Assembly (NCBI RefSeq): GCF_964213995.1
Contig: NW_027591086.1
Span: 62,001 to 112,314, forward strand
Length of the DNA stretch: 50,314 bases
Direction: 5' to 3'
DNA from: Mustelus asterias
Lineage: Eukaryota
Shown: positions 1 through 13,200 of the stretch, piece after piece
Position numbering within the stretch: the stretch's first letter is position 1
Layout: each line of letters begins with the position of its first letter
The notes under the pieces: generated by a model
Seen by the model: only the letters and a program-made list of their open reading frames with translations
What the model was told of the DNA's origin: nothing
Databases searched by the model: none
Program-made: the position numbers and the translations under genes

Positions 1-227
1 TGCGTTCAACCCCCGTCGCTGAGCTGTTAATATAAATCAGAAACAGCAAGGATCCCAACACTGATCCCTGGGGAACACCACTTTCAACTCGTCTCCAGTC
101 TGAGAAATGCCCATCTCTACCTCCCCTCTGTTTCCTATCTCTTACCAAACTTCTAATCCATGCTGCCAAGGACTCATCCATCCCTAATATTTCTCATTTG
201 CTGATTTGCATGTTAGTGGAGCGGTGT

Positions 228-450
228 AAAAGGCATGCGGAACGCTTGCCTTTTTCAGTCGAGGCATAGATGACAAAAGCAGGGTAGTCATGTTGGAGCT
301 GTATAAAACTTTGGTGAGGCCACAGCTGGAGTACTGTGTGCGGTTCTGGTCGCCACATTATAGGGAGGGTGTGAATGGACTGGACAGGATGCAGAGGAGA
401 TTCACCAGGATGCATCTGAGCTGGAGTGTTTCAGCTATGAAGAGAGCTAT
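228..450 (+). mobile_element. CR1-family LINE fragment (RT C-terminus)
   Basis: ORF 290.. reads LYKTLVRPQLEYCVRFWSPHYR...RMQRRFTRM, the typical CR1 ORF2 C-terminus; interrupted by the SINE at ~451. Confidence 0.85.
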
Positions 451-745
451 GGGCCACACGGTGGCACAGTTGTTATCACTGCTGCATCACAGCGCCAGGG
501 ACCCAGGTTCGATTCCCGGCTTAGGCCACTGTCTGTGTGGAGTCTGCACGTTCTCTCCGTGTCTGCGTGGCTTTCCTCTGGGTGCTGCGGTTTCCTCCCA
601 CAGTGTGAATGATGTGCTGGTTAGGGTGCATTGGCCGTGGTAAATTTTCTCTCCGTGTAACCGAACACCAGAGTGTGGCATCTGGGGAATTTTCACAGTA
701 ACTTCACAGTGTTAATGCAAGCCTACTTGTGACACTAATAAACAA
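451..745 (+). mobile_element. tRNA-derived V-SINE (HE1-like head) with alternative 3' tail
   Basis: Head gtggcacagttgttatcactgctgc..agcgccagggacccaggttcgattccc (A/B boxes), core gtgtctgcgtgg..tttcctc, tail cagtaacttc..gttaatgcaagcctacttgtgacactaataaa. Confidence 0.85.
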
Positions 746-749
746 AATT

Positions 750-1180
750 AAAAATGAGATGTTGAGTAGGCTTGTGTTGTATTCATTGGAGCAGAGAAGA
801 CTGGGGGGGGCGACCTGATTGAGGTGGACAAGATTATGAGAGACATGAAGAGTGTGGATCGGGAGCAGCTGTTCCCCTTAGTTGAAGGGTCAGTCACGAG
901 GGGACATAGGTTCAAGGTGAGGGGCAGGAGGTTTAGGGGGGATGTGAGGAAAATCTGTTTTACCCACAGGGTGGTGACAGTCTGGAATGCGCTGCCTGGG
1001 AGGTTGGTCGAGGCAAGTTGCCTCACATCCTTTAAAAAGTAACTGGATAAGCACTTGGCACATCATCACATTCAGGGCTATGGGCCAAGTGCTGGTAAAT
1101 GGGGTGAGGTCGGTATGTTAGGTGGTCCTCACGTGTCGGTGCAGACTCGATGGGCCGAAGGGTCTCTTCTGCACTGTATG
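750..1180 (+). mobile_element. CR1-family LINE 3' fragment
   Basis: ORF 824..1042 reads VDREQLFPLVEGSVTRGHRFKVRGRRFRGDVRK..FTHRVV.VWNALP; 3'UTR gcagactcgatgggccgaagg. Confidence 0.85.
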
Positions 1181-1240
1181 AATCTGTGATGAGGAAATGT
1201 TTTTAACGTCGTGACTGCTGGTATCTGGAATGTTCTGCCT

Positions 1241-1464
1241 TGATTCGCTGTAAGGATTCGCATTCCAACCATTATTCATGTAAATTGAGTCTGTGTCTTT
1301 ATCTGCCCTGTTTGTGAACAGAATTCCCACTCACCTGAAGAAGGGGCTTGGAGCTCCAAAAGCTTGTGTGGCTTTTGCTACCAAATAAAGCTGTTGGACT
1401 TTAAGCTGGTGTTGTTAAACTTCTCACTGTGTTTACCCCAGTCCAACGCCGGCATCTCCACATC
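1241..1464 (+). mobile_element. Solo Penelope-like pseudo-LTR with 11-bp target-site duplication, inserted in a CR1 fragment
   Basis: Matches the 3' end of the element at 27.57-27.81 kb; flanked by atgttctgcct at 1230-1240 and 1465-1475; the paralogous site at ~7625 lacks the insert. Confidence 0.8.
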
Positions 1465-1789
1465 ATGTTCTGCCTGAGTCAGAGGTGGGAGAAGATTCCA
1501 TCAAGAGGAAATTGAATGGGAAGCTGAAGGGAAAATATTGACAGGGTTACGGGGAGAGGGTGGAGGATTGGGAATAGTGAAACTGCTCTTGCAGTGTGTC
1601 GATCCAGGCTTGACGGGCTGAATGGCCTCCTGTGCTGTCACCATTCTATGATTCACACACAAGTTAACTTCTCAGTGTCTATTAGGCCCCACTCGTTCCT
1701 CCATGATCAGTTCCAGCATTTCAAGTTCAGATCCCAGTACTTTTTAGTTGGGGCATTGAGGAGTAAAACAGAAATAGGAATGAGAGTGT

Positions 1790-2252
1790 CGGTGTGCTTA
1801 TGTTTTTGTATTTCTGTGTGTGAGTGTGTGTGTGTGAGAGAGAGAGACAGTTTCTAAGTGTGTGCAAGTGTCTATTTCAATGTGTGTTTCTGTGTGTGTG
1901 ATTGTGTTTCTCTGCGTGTGTCTGTGAGTGAGTGTGTGTCTGTGTGTCTCTCTCTCTCTGTGTCTTTGTGCATGGGTGTCTGTGAGTGTGTGTTTGTGTC
2001 CCTCTGCGTGTGTGTCCGTGAGTGTCTGTGTGTTTCTCTCTTTGCCTGTGTGTCTGTGTGTCTCTCTCTCTGTGTCTTTGTGCATGTGTGTCTGTGAGTG
2101 TGTGTTTGTGTCTCTCTGCGTGTGTGCGTGTGTGTCCGTGAGTGTGTGTTTGTGTCTCTGTGTGTGTGTGTGTCCGTGAGTGTCTGTGTGCCTCTCTCTT
2201 TGTCTGTGTGTGTGTGTGTGTGTGTGTCTGTGTGTGTGTGTATGTGTTTGTC
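1790..2252. repeat. Compound (TG)n/(TC)n-rich microsatellite
   Basis: Low-complexity tgtgtgtc runs; source of the spurious CV/HT ORFs. Confidence 0.95.
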
Positions 2253-2331
2253 ATGATCTGTGTGAGTGGGGGAGCAGGCTCGATGGGTCAAATGGCCTCC
2301 AACTGCACATATTTGAGATTCAAATACATTG

Positions 2332-2566
2332 NNNNNNNNNNNNNNNNNNNNNNNNNNNNNNNNNNNNNNNNNNNNNNNNNNNNNNNNNNNNNNNNNNNNN
2401 NNNNNNNNNNNNNNNNNNNNNNNNNNNNNNNNNNNNNNNNNNNNNNNNNNNNNNNNNNNNNNNNNNNNNNNNNNNNNNNNNNNNNNNNNNNNNNNNNNNN
2501 NNNNNNNNNNNNNNNNNNNNNNNNNNNNNNNNNNNNNNNNNNNNNNNNNNNNNNNNNNNNNNNNNN
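2332..2566. other. Assembly gap (N run)
   Basis: Run of n. Confidence 1.
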
Positions 2567-3589
2567 ACATATTTATTGACCATTTAATGTGACTGAATGC
2601 TACACATCCTGGTTTGCCAATGACACAAAACATTAGACAGCATTGTAAGCAGCATAGCTGGAAACATCACATTGCAAAGAGTTATTCATATTTTGTACAT
2701 GGACAAAACTGGTGGAGAGGTTTCAGTGCAGGGAAATGTAAACTGACACAACTTAGATTTAAAAGGGAGAGAACAGCGTACTTTAATAAATGATGAAATG
2801 ACAGAAACAGTGGAAGCTCCAAATGTCCAGATATTTCACAGCTGGATTCACACAAAACACACAGCAATGGATCTGATATTGCGGAATTGTTGTAAATGTG
2901 GTTAATCTCAGTACGGAGGCTGTCTTCATGTTACAATGTTAATCTGATCACTCTCATCAAAACAGGCTCAACATTTCTGTACAATGTGAGTGAATCATCA
3001 GCTCAAATAGTTCAGGTTCAATGTTTAAAATAACCAGTCACTTTTCTGTGGCTGCTTTGGGAATGTCAGTGGAATGTAGTTCACAGTCAAGTGTGAACAA
3101 TTGTATTGGGGAATAATTGGAAGCAGTTTCCATTGAGAGCTTCCTGCATTCTGGAAATGTGTGTGATCCATTCAGAGATAGGAAATGGACGGATGAATAA
3201 AGATGCAGTTTGTTGTTAATTACATGAGATTGTCTGCCTTGAAGATTCACAAGTTCCATGTGCTGAGAGAAAGGAATGATTAAACAATGTCGAGAATTCA
3301 AATCCTTCAGACAAGTGAAAAAGCAGGAGAACAACTGAATCCACAAACGCTGCCACAGACAGTATTCGAAGCTTCAACTTCATGTTTGAATGTGAAGGGC
3401 TGATTGAAATAAACAGGAGGCCACACTGGGATGCTGAGCAATTTGATTCCTGTTTTTCCTAAACTTCAAATAAAAATCTGTGATGAAACATTCCTTGGAC
3501 AGAGCAGAAGGAATTTTACTCTGTATTTAGCCCATTACAGTATTTGTGTTGGGAACATTTGATGAACAGCGCAGATTAAACATTATTCT

Positions 3590-6500
3590 TAACCGCTGGA
3601 ATTTAAGTTGGGGGCTGATTTAATCAAACATTGAAAATAATGAGGGAAAGGGAGAGGCTGATAAAGAACAAGTTTTTCTGCTGTCTGGGAACTCCAGGAT
3701 TTGGGAATATTTGAATGTTAGCCTCAGTTTAGAATTTTAGAATTGTAGAAATGGAAACACTGCCAGATGTGGTGTGGAGTTAGTTTGAAACAATCTTCTG
3801 CAAATGGCTATTGATGCTCAGTCACTTGTTATTATTGTAAATCTGGGGTTGATAGATTTTCCTCAGTCCAAGGGGTTAAGAGACAGAGAGTTAGATCACA
3901 GATCAGCCAGGACCTTATTGAATATTGGAACAGGCTTTCAGGAAGATTGTTCCAGATTCCAAACACCCTCTTGATGAAGTGCTTTTCCTCACTTCACTTC
4001 TGATCCATTTCCCCATCATTTAGAATCTGTGCCCTCTAGTTCATGACCATCTCTTGAGAAGGAAGAGTTTCTCACTCTTTAACCTGTGGATACCCCTTAG
4101 GATCTTGAACCTCTCTCTTAAGTCTCACCTCAGCCTTCTTTTCTCCAAGGAAAACAGTCCCAACCTCTCCAATCTACCCTCGTAGCTACGGATCTTATTC
4201 CCTGGAATCATTCTTGTGAATCTCCTCTGCACTCTCTCCAATGTCTTCACATCCCTCCTCAAGTACGGTGCCCAGAACTGGGCGCAGTCTCCAGATGCAG
4301 TCTTATACAAGTTCAATATGAACTCCTTACTCTTGTCCTCAATTCCTCCATTAATAAAAGCTGGGATACCATATACTTCATTTACTGCTCTCTCAAAGTG
4401 CCCTGCCACCTTCACTGACGTATGTACATATTAGAATCATGGAATCCCTACAGTGCAGAAGGAGGCCATACAGCCCATCGAGCCTGCGCTGGCAACATTC
4501 CCACCCAGGCCCTATCCCCGTGATGCAACGTATTTACCCTGATAATACTGGCATGAATTGAGAAATGGTTAACGGACAGAAAACAGAGCTTAGGTACAAA
4601 TGGGTCATTTTCAGGGTGGCAGGCTGTGACCAGCGGCTTATCACAAGGATCAGTACTCGGGAGCCCAGCTATTCACAATCCATATCATTGATTTGGGCGT
4701 TTGGGATCAAATGTAATATTTCCGAGTTTGCAGATGACTTGAAAGCAGGTGTGAGTTGTGAGGAGGATGTAGACTCTTCAAGGGGATGTGGGAGAGGCTG
4801 AATTAGTGGTGAAACCACACACGGAGTGTTGTGTACAGTTTTATCCTCTTACCTAAGGAAAGACAATCTTGTCCGAGAGGGACTTCAATGACATTTCACT
4901 GCATTAATTCCTGGGATGGAGGGATTGTCCTCTGAGGAAAGAAAATAAACTGGACTTTTACTTTATGCACTTGAGAAGCATGAGAGGTGACCTCATTCAA
5001 ACTTGGACAATTCTTACAGGGCTCAGCAGGGTCGAGTCATAGAGGTTTACAGCATGGAAACGCGCTTTGGCCCAACTTGTCCATGCCGCCCAGTTTTTAC
5101 CATTAAGCTAATCACAATTGCCTGTGTTTCGCCCATATCCCTCTATACCAATCTTACCCATGTAACTGTCTAAATGCTTTTTAAAACATAAAATTGTACC
5201 CGCCACTACTACTACCTCTGGCAGCTCAATCCAGACACTCACCACCCTCTGTGTGAAAAGAATTGCCCCTCTGGACCCTTTTGTATCTCTCCCCTCTCAC
5301 CTTAAACCTACGCCCTCTAATTTTAGACTCCCCTACCTTTGGGAGAAGATATTGACTATCTAGCTGATCTGTGCCCCTCATTATTTTATAGACCTCTATA
5401 AAATCACCCCTCAGTCTTCTACGCTACAGGGAAAAAAGTCCCTGTCTGTGCAACCTCTCCTTAAAACCCAAACCATCATGTCCCGGTAGCATCCGAGTAA
5501 ATCGTTTTTGCACTCTTTCTAGTTTAATAATATCCATTCTAAAATAGGGTGACCAGAACTGTGCACAGTATTCCAAGCGTGGCCTTAACAATGTCTTGTA
5601 CAACTTCAACAAGACGTCCCAACTCCTGTATTCAATGTTCTGACCAATGAAACCAAGCATGCTGAATGCCTTCTTCACCACTCTGTCCACCTGTGACTCC
5701 ACTGTCAAGAAGCTATGAACCTGTACCCCGAGATCTCTTTGTTCTATAACTCTCCCCAACCCCCAAACATTAGCTGAGTAGATACAGGAAGGATATTTCC
5801 GCTGGCTTGGGGGGGGGGGGTGGGTGTCTAGAACCATGGCATAGTCGCAGAGTAAGGGGGCAGGACATTTCGGACTGAGATAAGAACATAAGAAATAGGA
5901 GCAGGAGTAGGCCATCTAGCCCCTCGAGCCTGCCCCGCCATTCAATAAGATCATGGCTGGTCTGAAGTGGATCAGTTCCACTTACCCGCCTGATCCCCAT
6001 AACCCCTAATTCCCTTACCGATCAGGAATCCATCTCTCCGTGAGTAAACATATTCAACGAGGTAGCCTCCACCACTTCAGTGGGCAGAGAATTCCAGAGA
6101 TTCACCACCCTTCTTCCACTCCCTCTCCCAGCAGCGAGTTCCAGGCACCCACCACTCTCTGTGTAAAACACTTGCCTCATACATCTCCTTTAAACCTTGT
6201 CCCTCACACCTTAAACCTGTGCCCCCGAGTAATTGACTCTTCAACCCTGGGAAAAAGCTCCTGACTATCCACTCTGTCCATGCCTCTCATAATCTTGTAG
6301 ACTTCTATCAGGTCACCCCCCTTGCCTCCGTCATTCCAGTGAGAACAAACCAAGTTTCTCCAAACTCTCCTCATCGCTAATGCCCTCCATACCAGGCAAC
6401 ATCCTGGTAAATCTTTTCTGTACCGTCTCCAAAGCCTGCACATCCTTCTAGTAGTGTGGCAACCAGAATTGAACACTATATTCCAAGTGCGGCCTAACAA
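3590..6500. mobile_element. Nested cluster of CR1-family LINE fragments (both strands) with a SINE/LINE tail piece at ~4430-4545
   Basis: Minus-strand ORFs 4125..4415, 5424..5915 and 6204..6539 carry QRDLGVQV, LYKTLLRPRLEYCAQFWSP, LERVQRRFTRM and TRGHRFKV; FADD motif at ~4727 (+). Confidence 0.85.
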
Positions 6501-7539
6501 TGGTTTGCCAATTTTTAAACTCAATGCGTGTGGCGTCAAAAGTTTGCTTATTTCCTAAATAACACTGACAACATTTCAAAAGCACTCCATTGTCGGTGAA
6601 ACACTTTTGGAAACCCTAAAGCCATGAATAGTACTTTAGAAATGTCCATCCCCCAAGTTGCTGTGAGGACATTCAGAGTCAGTGTGTGACTTGGGTCAAA
6701 GATAGACCAGCGAGGTCTCTCCCTTAATGACATTGAGTGACTCTTTAGCTTTTTATGATGAGCAGAATCCTTTCATCTCTCTTGTGTCTAATTCATTCCA
6801 ATTCTGTCCCAGACATTAATCAGTTGTGACTTTCTGTAGGAGCTGGAATGTTCTCTCTGGCGACAGAGAATCCATTGAGAGGAGGATCAGGTGTGACCTT
6901 TCTCTCCTGGAATCCATGTTTCCTGTTTGTGTCTTGTAGATTGTGTGTGGAGAGAGCAGAGGGAAAAGGCTGAGTGGATTTGTAATGAACAGGGGTTTGC
7001 TTTCATTCACAAACTGGAGCTGAAGCCAACGTGTGCAGATGTGAAGAATGGAGATCAGAAAAGGACCATGGGTAGAATTGGAGACTATTCTGCCCATCCA
7101 GATGTGCTGTCTTTTTGGAAGAGAAATCTAGTTAATCTCTATTGACAGAGGGAGAAGGGATTCCTCCTCCATTATATATCTGTTTAGTTTTAGGCTGTCT
7201 GAGTGTGAGTGTTAGTGTGTGTGCATATTTTTCTCAATCTGCCTGTCTCTCAGTCCCCCTGGTCCCAGAATCTGTTTCTCTCTCCACAGATGCTGCCTGA
7301 CCTGTTTGGTATGTTCTTATTTTCTGTTTCAGTATCTGAGGAGTTGCGTATGGTGCTGAACATTGTGCAATCATCAGCGAACATCCCCACTTCAGACCTT
7401 GTGATGGAGGGAAGGTCAGTGATGGAGCAGCTGAAGATGGTTGGGGCCTCGGACACTCACCCTGAGGAACTCCTGCAGGGACGTCCCGGGACTGAGAGGA
7501 TCGGCTTTGAGATAATCGGCACATTGGGGGAAAGGTTGA

Positions 7540-7830
7540 AAACCAGAGGATGCTGAATTCAGGTAAATGGCGACAGCGGCAACATGAGGGAATGTTTCTA
7601 ACGTAGCGAGTGTCCAGTATCTGGAATGTACTGTCTGAGCGTGAGGTGGAAGCAGATTCCATCAAGGACTTCCAGGAGAAGTTGAATGGGAAGCTGAAGG
7701 GGAAATATTTACAGGGTCACGGGGAAAGGGTGGAGGAGTGGGAATAGTGACATTGCTCTTGCAGAGTGTCGCACTGGCTTGATGGGGCTGAATGGCCTCC
7801 TGTGCTGTCACCGTTCTATGATTCAGATGC
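7540..7830 (+). mobile_element. CR1-family LINE 3' fragment, paralogous to 1190-1650
   Basis: gggaagctgaaggg.aaatatt.acagggt.acgggga.agggtggagga.tgggaatagtga is shared with 1518-1581. Confidence 0.7.
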
Positions 7831-9398
7831 AAGTTATCTTCTCAGTGTCTATTAGACCCCACTCTTTCCTCCATGATCAGTTACAGCATTTTAAGTTCAG
7901 ATCCCAGAACGTTTTATTTGGGGATTTGAGGAGTGATTTGTTTTCCAGCCTGGCCGAGAATTTGATGCTGTAACTGAAGCCACAATGGAATGATTCTGAG
8001 GTCAGATTATGATCCACTGAGACACAGCTGGCTCCGAGCTTCCCTGAAAAATGTCGCTGTTGTGTTCCCGGCCAGATGATTTCTCCGTCTTGTGTCGGCC
8101 GGCTGTGCCACAAGGATCTGGACTTTGTTCCCAGATGTTCACAATGTTTATCAATGATTTGGATGTGGGGACCTAATGTAATATTTCCAAGTTTGCGGAT
8201 GACACAAAGCTCGGTGGGAATGTGAGTTGTGAGGAAAATGCAAAGTGGCTTCAAGAGGATTTGGACAGACATTGTCTCTCAGTGCCTCTCTCAATCTGGC
8301 TCTCTTTCTCTCACTCCCCTTGACTCTGTCATCTGTTGGTCTCTGCATCTCTCGCTCTCTCTCTCTGGGAATCTGTAAAAACATATCCACTAACATGCAC
8401 ACAGACAGAAACATACGTACACACACACACACACACACACAAACACACACACGTACGCGACTGTGAGAATTGTCACAGATCAATCCCAATATCAGTGAGT
8501 AATCTCCAATGCAATAGTTTGTGACCAGGTTGTGCAACATGCATTGAAATGTGGCAATATGGAAGTTGGTTCACTCAGTTGGCTGGACAGCTGGTCTGAG
8601 ATGCACAAAGTCTCCAACACGTCATGAAAGCCCAACCCTTTCAACCTTTCCCCTGGCCTGAGGTGTGGTAAATCACCGCCAGTGAGTTCTCCCCCTCAAA
8701 GGGGAGAGCAGCAGATCGTCATCTGGGACTGTGGTCACTTTCCCTTTACCGATGTTCAACTTTATTTCCCTTCCTCAATTTCTGCTCATCTCCAAGAGAC
8801 TCGAGCGAAATTCACCCAATCTTTCAACACCAATATTACACACACAATACTGGAGCAATTGGACATTTCACACAACACCCAATAGCTGGTAACAAGACCA
8901 AACAAAAACTGTTCCAAACAAGAGTGGTGGCACCAGCTGACCCACACAAATATATAACTTGAAAGGAATATTCGTCTATCCATCCAGCTGACTCTCTTTC
9001 TCTGTCTATCTAACAGAGAGATTTTTCAGTGCAGTAACAACTGAAACAGGGTAGAATGTAGGAATAAGAAAGACAGGAACTTGTGTAAAATAAAACTGAG
9101 ACACAGGTGAGTTGAGTAATGAATGAAACAAGGCCGAACACAGCAGTATCTCCGATGATGCTGAATGTAAGAGAAACAGATCAAATCTATTCCTGGGGAA
9201 GTGCAGCAACAGCTTAGAAATTGTCGGGTGTGGTGTAGATAGAGGCATGGCTGCGTGCGTTAATAACTGTGACTTCACTGAGTGCATTGGAAACAGTGAC
9301 ATAGTTGAGTGAAGCAATAACTAAGTAAAGACCAATTGTAGTATATACAGAGGGATGGCCCCATGCATTAAGAAGAGAAACTGTATCTAGTTTATAGG

Positions 9399-9685
9399 GG
9401 TGGCGCAGTGGTTAGCACTGCAGCCTCTCAGCGCCAGGGACCCGGGTTCGATTCCCGACTTGCGTCACTGTCTGTGTGGAGTCTGCATGTTCTCCCCGTG
9501 TCTGGGTTTCCTCCGAGTGCTCCGGTTTCCTCCCACAGTCTGAAAGACATGCTGTTCGGTGGATTGGCCATGCTAAATTCTACCTCAGTGAAGCCGAACG
9601 GCGCCGGAGTGTGGCAACTAGGGGATTTTCACAGCAACTTCATTGCAGTGTTAATGTAAGCCTACTTGTGACACTAATAAATAAC
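9399..9685 (+). mobile_element. V-SINE (HE1-like head, alternative tail)
   Basis: gtggcgcagtggttagcactgcagcctctcagcgccagggacccgggttcgattccc ... gttaatgtaagcctacttgtgacactaataaataa. Confidence 0.9.
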
Positions 9686-10463
9686 ATTGAAACTGTATAA
9701 AGTGTTATATACACAGATACAGTGCTGAGGTAAAGAGAAATGGAGACATGCTCCACATTCATTACCCAGACATGGTCTAGTTTATTTTTTATAAAGAGTG
9801 ACATGGTTAAATGCAGTGATAATTTAAGCAGGTTCCCTCCCTAACAGCACTGTGGGTGTACCTACACCACATAGACAGCAGCGGGTTCAAGACGGCAGCT
9901 CATCACCACCTTCTCCAGGGCAACTAGGAATGGGCAATAAATGCTGACCTAGCCAGTGACACCCACATCACAAGAATCAATAAATATTCATCCAACCCAG
10001 CACATTGTCCAATGAAATATCAATCCATACATGGTATTAATACAGTGAGAACTCAAAAAGGGTTGATTGTAGTGTCCACAGTAGCATGGTGTAATGTAGT
10101 ATTCACTGAGACAACTGAGCGTATAAACAGCGACTGGGTTGAGTGCAGTGATAACTGGGAAAGGAGCTAATGTCCGGGATTCTCCGGCTGTTCACTCGTG
10201 GGGAATTCTCTGCTCTCGTTCCCCTGCCTCTGGTTTCCTGCTAGCGTGAGGTGACTTCAATGGGAAATCCCATTGACAGCGACAGGACCAAAAACTCCCT
10301 CTGCTAGTGAACGGTGTGTCACCTCTCACTGCCCAGAAAGCTGCTGAGGGGAGACTGGAGGATCCCAGAAACTATGTTAAAAATAGCCATATTGGCAACA
10401 GCAGGGAAATATTACATCCCAAACACAGTAATATTCACAATGATATTCTCCAATCAGCTGAAG

Positions 10464-12085
10464 GGCAGAGATTACTGATACAAGACCCAGATTGTAATAA
10501 CAGAGGGAGGTTTAGGGCAGAGATTACTGACACCAGGCCCAGACTGTAATAACTGAGAGAGGTTTAGGGCAGAGTTTGCTGAATCAAGGCCCAGATTGTA
10601 ATAACTGAGAGAGGTATCGGGCAGAGATTACTGATACCAGGCCCAGATTGTAATAACTGAGAGTGGTTTAGGGCAGAGATTACTGATACAAAGCCCAGAT
10701 TGTAATGACTGAGAGAGGTTTAGGGCAGAGATTACTGATACCAGGCCCAGATTGTAATAACAGAGAGGTTTAGGGCAAAGTTTGCTGAATCAAGGCCCAG
10801 ATTGTAATAACTGAGAGAGTTGTAGGGCAGAGATTACTGACACAGTGCCCATATTGTAATAACTGAGAGAGGTTTATGGCAGAGATTACTGATACAAGTC
10901 CCAGATTGTAATAACTGAGAGAGGTTTAAGGCAGAGATTACTGATACAACGCCCAGATTGTAATAACTGAGAGAGGTTTCGGTCAGAGATTACTGATACC
11001 AGGCCCAGATTGTAATAACTGAGAGATGTTTCGGGCAGAGTTTACTGATATAAGTCCCAGGTTGTAATGACTGAGAGATGTTTAGGGCAGAGTTTACTGA
11101 AACAAGGCCCAGATTGTAATAACTGAGAGAGGTTTAGGGCAGAGTTTACTGAATCAAGGCCCAGATTGTAATAACTGAGAGAGTTGTAGGGAAGAGATTA
11201 CTGATACAAGGCCCATATTGTAATAACCGAGAGAGGTTTCGGGCAGAGATTACTGATACAAGGCCCAGATTGTAATAACCGAGAGAGGTTTCGGGCAGAG
11301 TTTACTGATACAAAGCCCAGATTGTAATAACTGAGCAAGGTTTCGGGCAGAGTTTACCGATTGAAAACCCAGATTGTAATAACTGAGAGAGGTTTATGGC
11401 AGAGATTACTGATACAAGGCCCAGATTGTAATGACTGAGAGAACTTTCGGGCAGAGATTACTGATACAAGGCCCAGATTGTAATAACTGAGAGAGGTTTA
11501 GGGCAGAGATTACTGATACAAAACCCAGATTGTAATAACTGAGAGAGGGTTAGGGCAGAGATTACTGATACAAAGCCCAGATTGTAATAACTGAGAGAGG
11601 TTTCAGGCAGAGTTTACTGATACAAGGCCCAGATTGTAATAACTGAGAGAGGTTTTGGGCAGAGATGACTGATACAAGGCCCAGATTGTAATAACTGAAA
11701 GAGGTTTCGGGCAGAGTTTACTGATACCAGGCCCAGATTGTAATAACTGAGAGAGGTTTCAGGCAGAGATTACTGATACAAGGCCCAGATTGTAATAACT
11801 GAGTGAGGTTTCGGACAGAGTTATCTGATACAAGGCCCAGATTGTAATAACTGAGAGAGGTTTCGGGCAGAGTTTACTGATACAAGGCCCAGATTGTAAT
11901 AACTGAGAGAGGTTTCGGGCAGAGTTTACTGATACAAGGCCCAGATTGTAATAACTGAGAGAGGTTTCGGGCAGAGTTTTTCGGATACAAGGCCCAGATT
12001 GTAATAACTGAGAGAGGTTTAGAGCAGAGATTACTGATACAAGGCCCAGATTGTAATAACTGAGAGAGGTTTCGGGCAGAGTTTA
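10464..12085. repeat. 52-bp minisatellite, ~31 copies
   Basis: Unit ggcagagattactgatacaaggcccagattgtaataactgagagaggtttag repeated head-to-tail with point variants and no unique spacers. Confidence 0.95.
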
Positions 12086-12214
12086 CGGATACATGATCCC
12101 GGCAGGATTTACTGTTTGATAATCCAGCTGTTTGGCCCCGTTATGAGCACACCTTCCATGGCCATCAAGTCCGGAAGTCGGCCTTGAACCCTTGAAGAAT
12201 GAGAGGCGATCCCA

Positions 12215-12450
12215 TTGTAACAGACTTAAAATTCGTACAGGGTGTGACAGGGTGGATGTAGATTGGATGTTTCCCCTGGCTGGTGAGACTAGAACCAGGG
12301 GACACAATCTCAGAATCAGGGGCAGACCATTGAAGACTTAGGTGAGGAGGAATTTCTTCACTCAGAGGGTGGTGAATCTTTGGAATTTTCTATTCCAGGG
12401 GGATGTGGAAGCCCAATCATTCAGCATGTTCAAGACGCAAATCGATTGTG
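12215..12450 (+). mobile_element. CR1-family LINE 3' fragment
   Basis: RRNFFTQRVVNLWN motif. Confidence 0.75.
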
Positions 12451-12586
12451 NNNNNNNNNNNNNNNNNNNNNNNNNNNNNNNNNNNNNNNNNNNNNNNNNN
12501 NNNNNNNNNNNNNNNNNNNNNNNNNNNNNNNNNNNNNNNNNNNNNNNNNNNNNNNNNNNNNNNNNNNNNNNNNNNNNNNNNNNNNN
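12451..12586. other. Assembly gap (N run)
   Basis: Run of n. Confidence 1.
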
Positions 12587-12648
12587 TGTGTTTATTACTG
12601 TGTGCGCCTGAGTGTTACTGGGTGAGAATATCTGTTTCTGTGTGTTTT

Positions 12649-12964
12649 CATGGAATCCTAGACTCCTACAGTGCAGAAGGAGGCCATTTGGCCCATTGAG
12701 TCTGCACCGACCACAATCCCACCCAGGCCCTATCCCCATTACCCCATGCATTTACCCAAGCTAGTCTCCCTGACGCGGAGGGACAATTTAGCACGGCCAA
12801 TGCACCCGAACCAGAACGTCTTTCAGACTGTAGGAGGAAACCGGGGCACCCGGAGGAAACCCACGCAGACACGGGGAGAACGTGCAAACTCCGCACAGAC
12901 AGTGACCCAAGCCGGGAATCGAACCCGGGTCCTTGGCACTGTGAGGCAGCAGTGCTAACTGTGT
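12649..12964 (-). mobile_element. HE1-like V-SINE with CR1-derived tail
   Basis: Reverse complement of the tRNA head, V core and tail gcagactcaatgggccaaatggcctccttctgcactgtagg. Confidence 0.9.
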
Positions 12965-13200
12965 GTTTGATGCGTGTGTGTGTGTTTCTGTGTGTGTGTG
13001 TGTTTATTGTTTGTGTGTGTGATTTGTGTGTGTGCTTTTTGTGCGTGTTTTATGTGTGCTTGTGTGTGTGTGTTTTGTGTGTGTGCGTGCTTTGTGTGTG
13101 TGCGTGTTTTGTGTGTGTTGGTGTGTGCGTGTTTTGTGTGTGTTGGTGTGTGCGTGTTTTGTGTGTGTTGGTGTGTGCGTGTTTTGTGTGCGTACGTGCA
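12960..13200. repeat. (TG)n-rich microsatellite
   Basis: gtgtgcgtgttttgtgtgtgttg units. Confidence 0.95.

Noticed and set aside
1798-2633. Long CV/HT-rich ORFs (also 12952-13400 and 14859-15557)
   Set aside because: Translations of microsatellites and N gaps
6927-7145. Possible coding exon after gtcttgtag
   Set aside because: No recognisable domain and no neighbouring exons
8770-8910. acaaaaact nonamer with an ISAHLQETRAKFT stretch upstream as a V relic
   Set aside because: No acceptable heptamer at 12 or 23 spacing and no YxC motif
10464-12085. CRISPR-like array
   Set aside because: Contiguous tandem units without unique spacers, in vertebrate DNA
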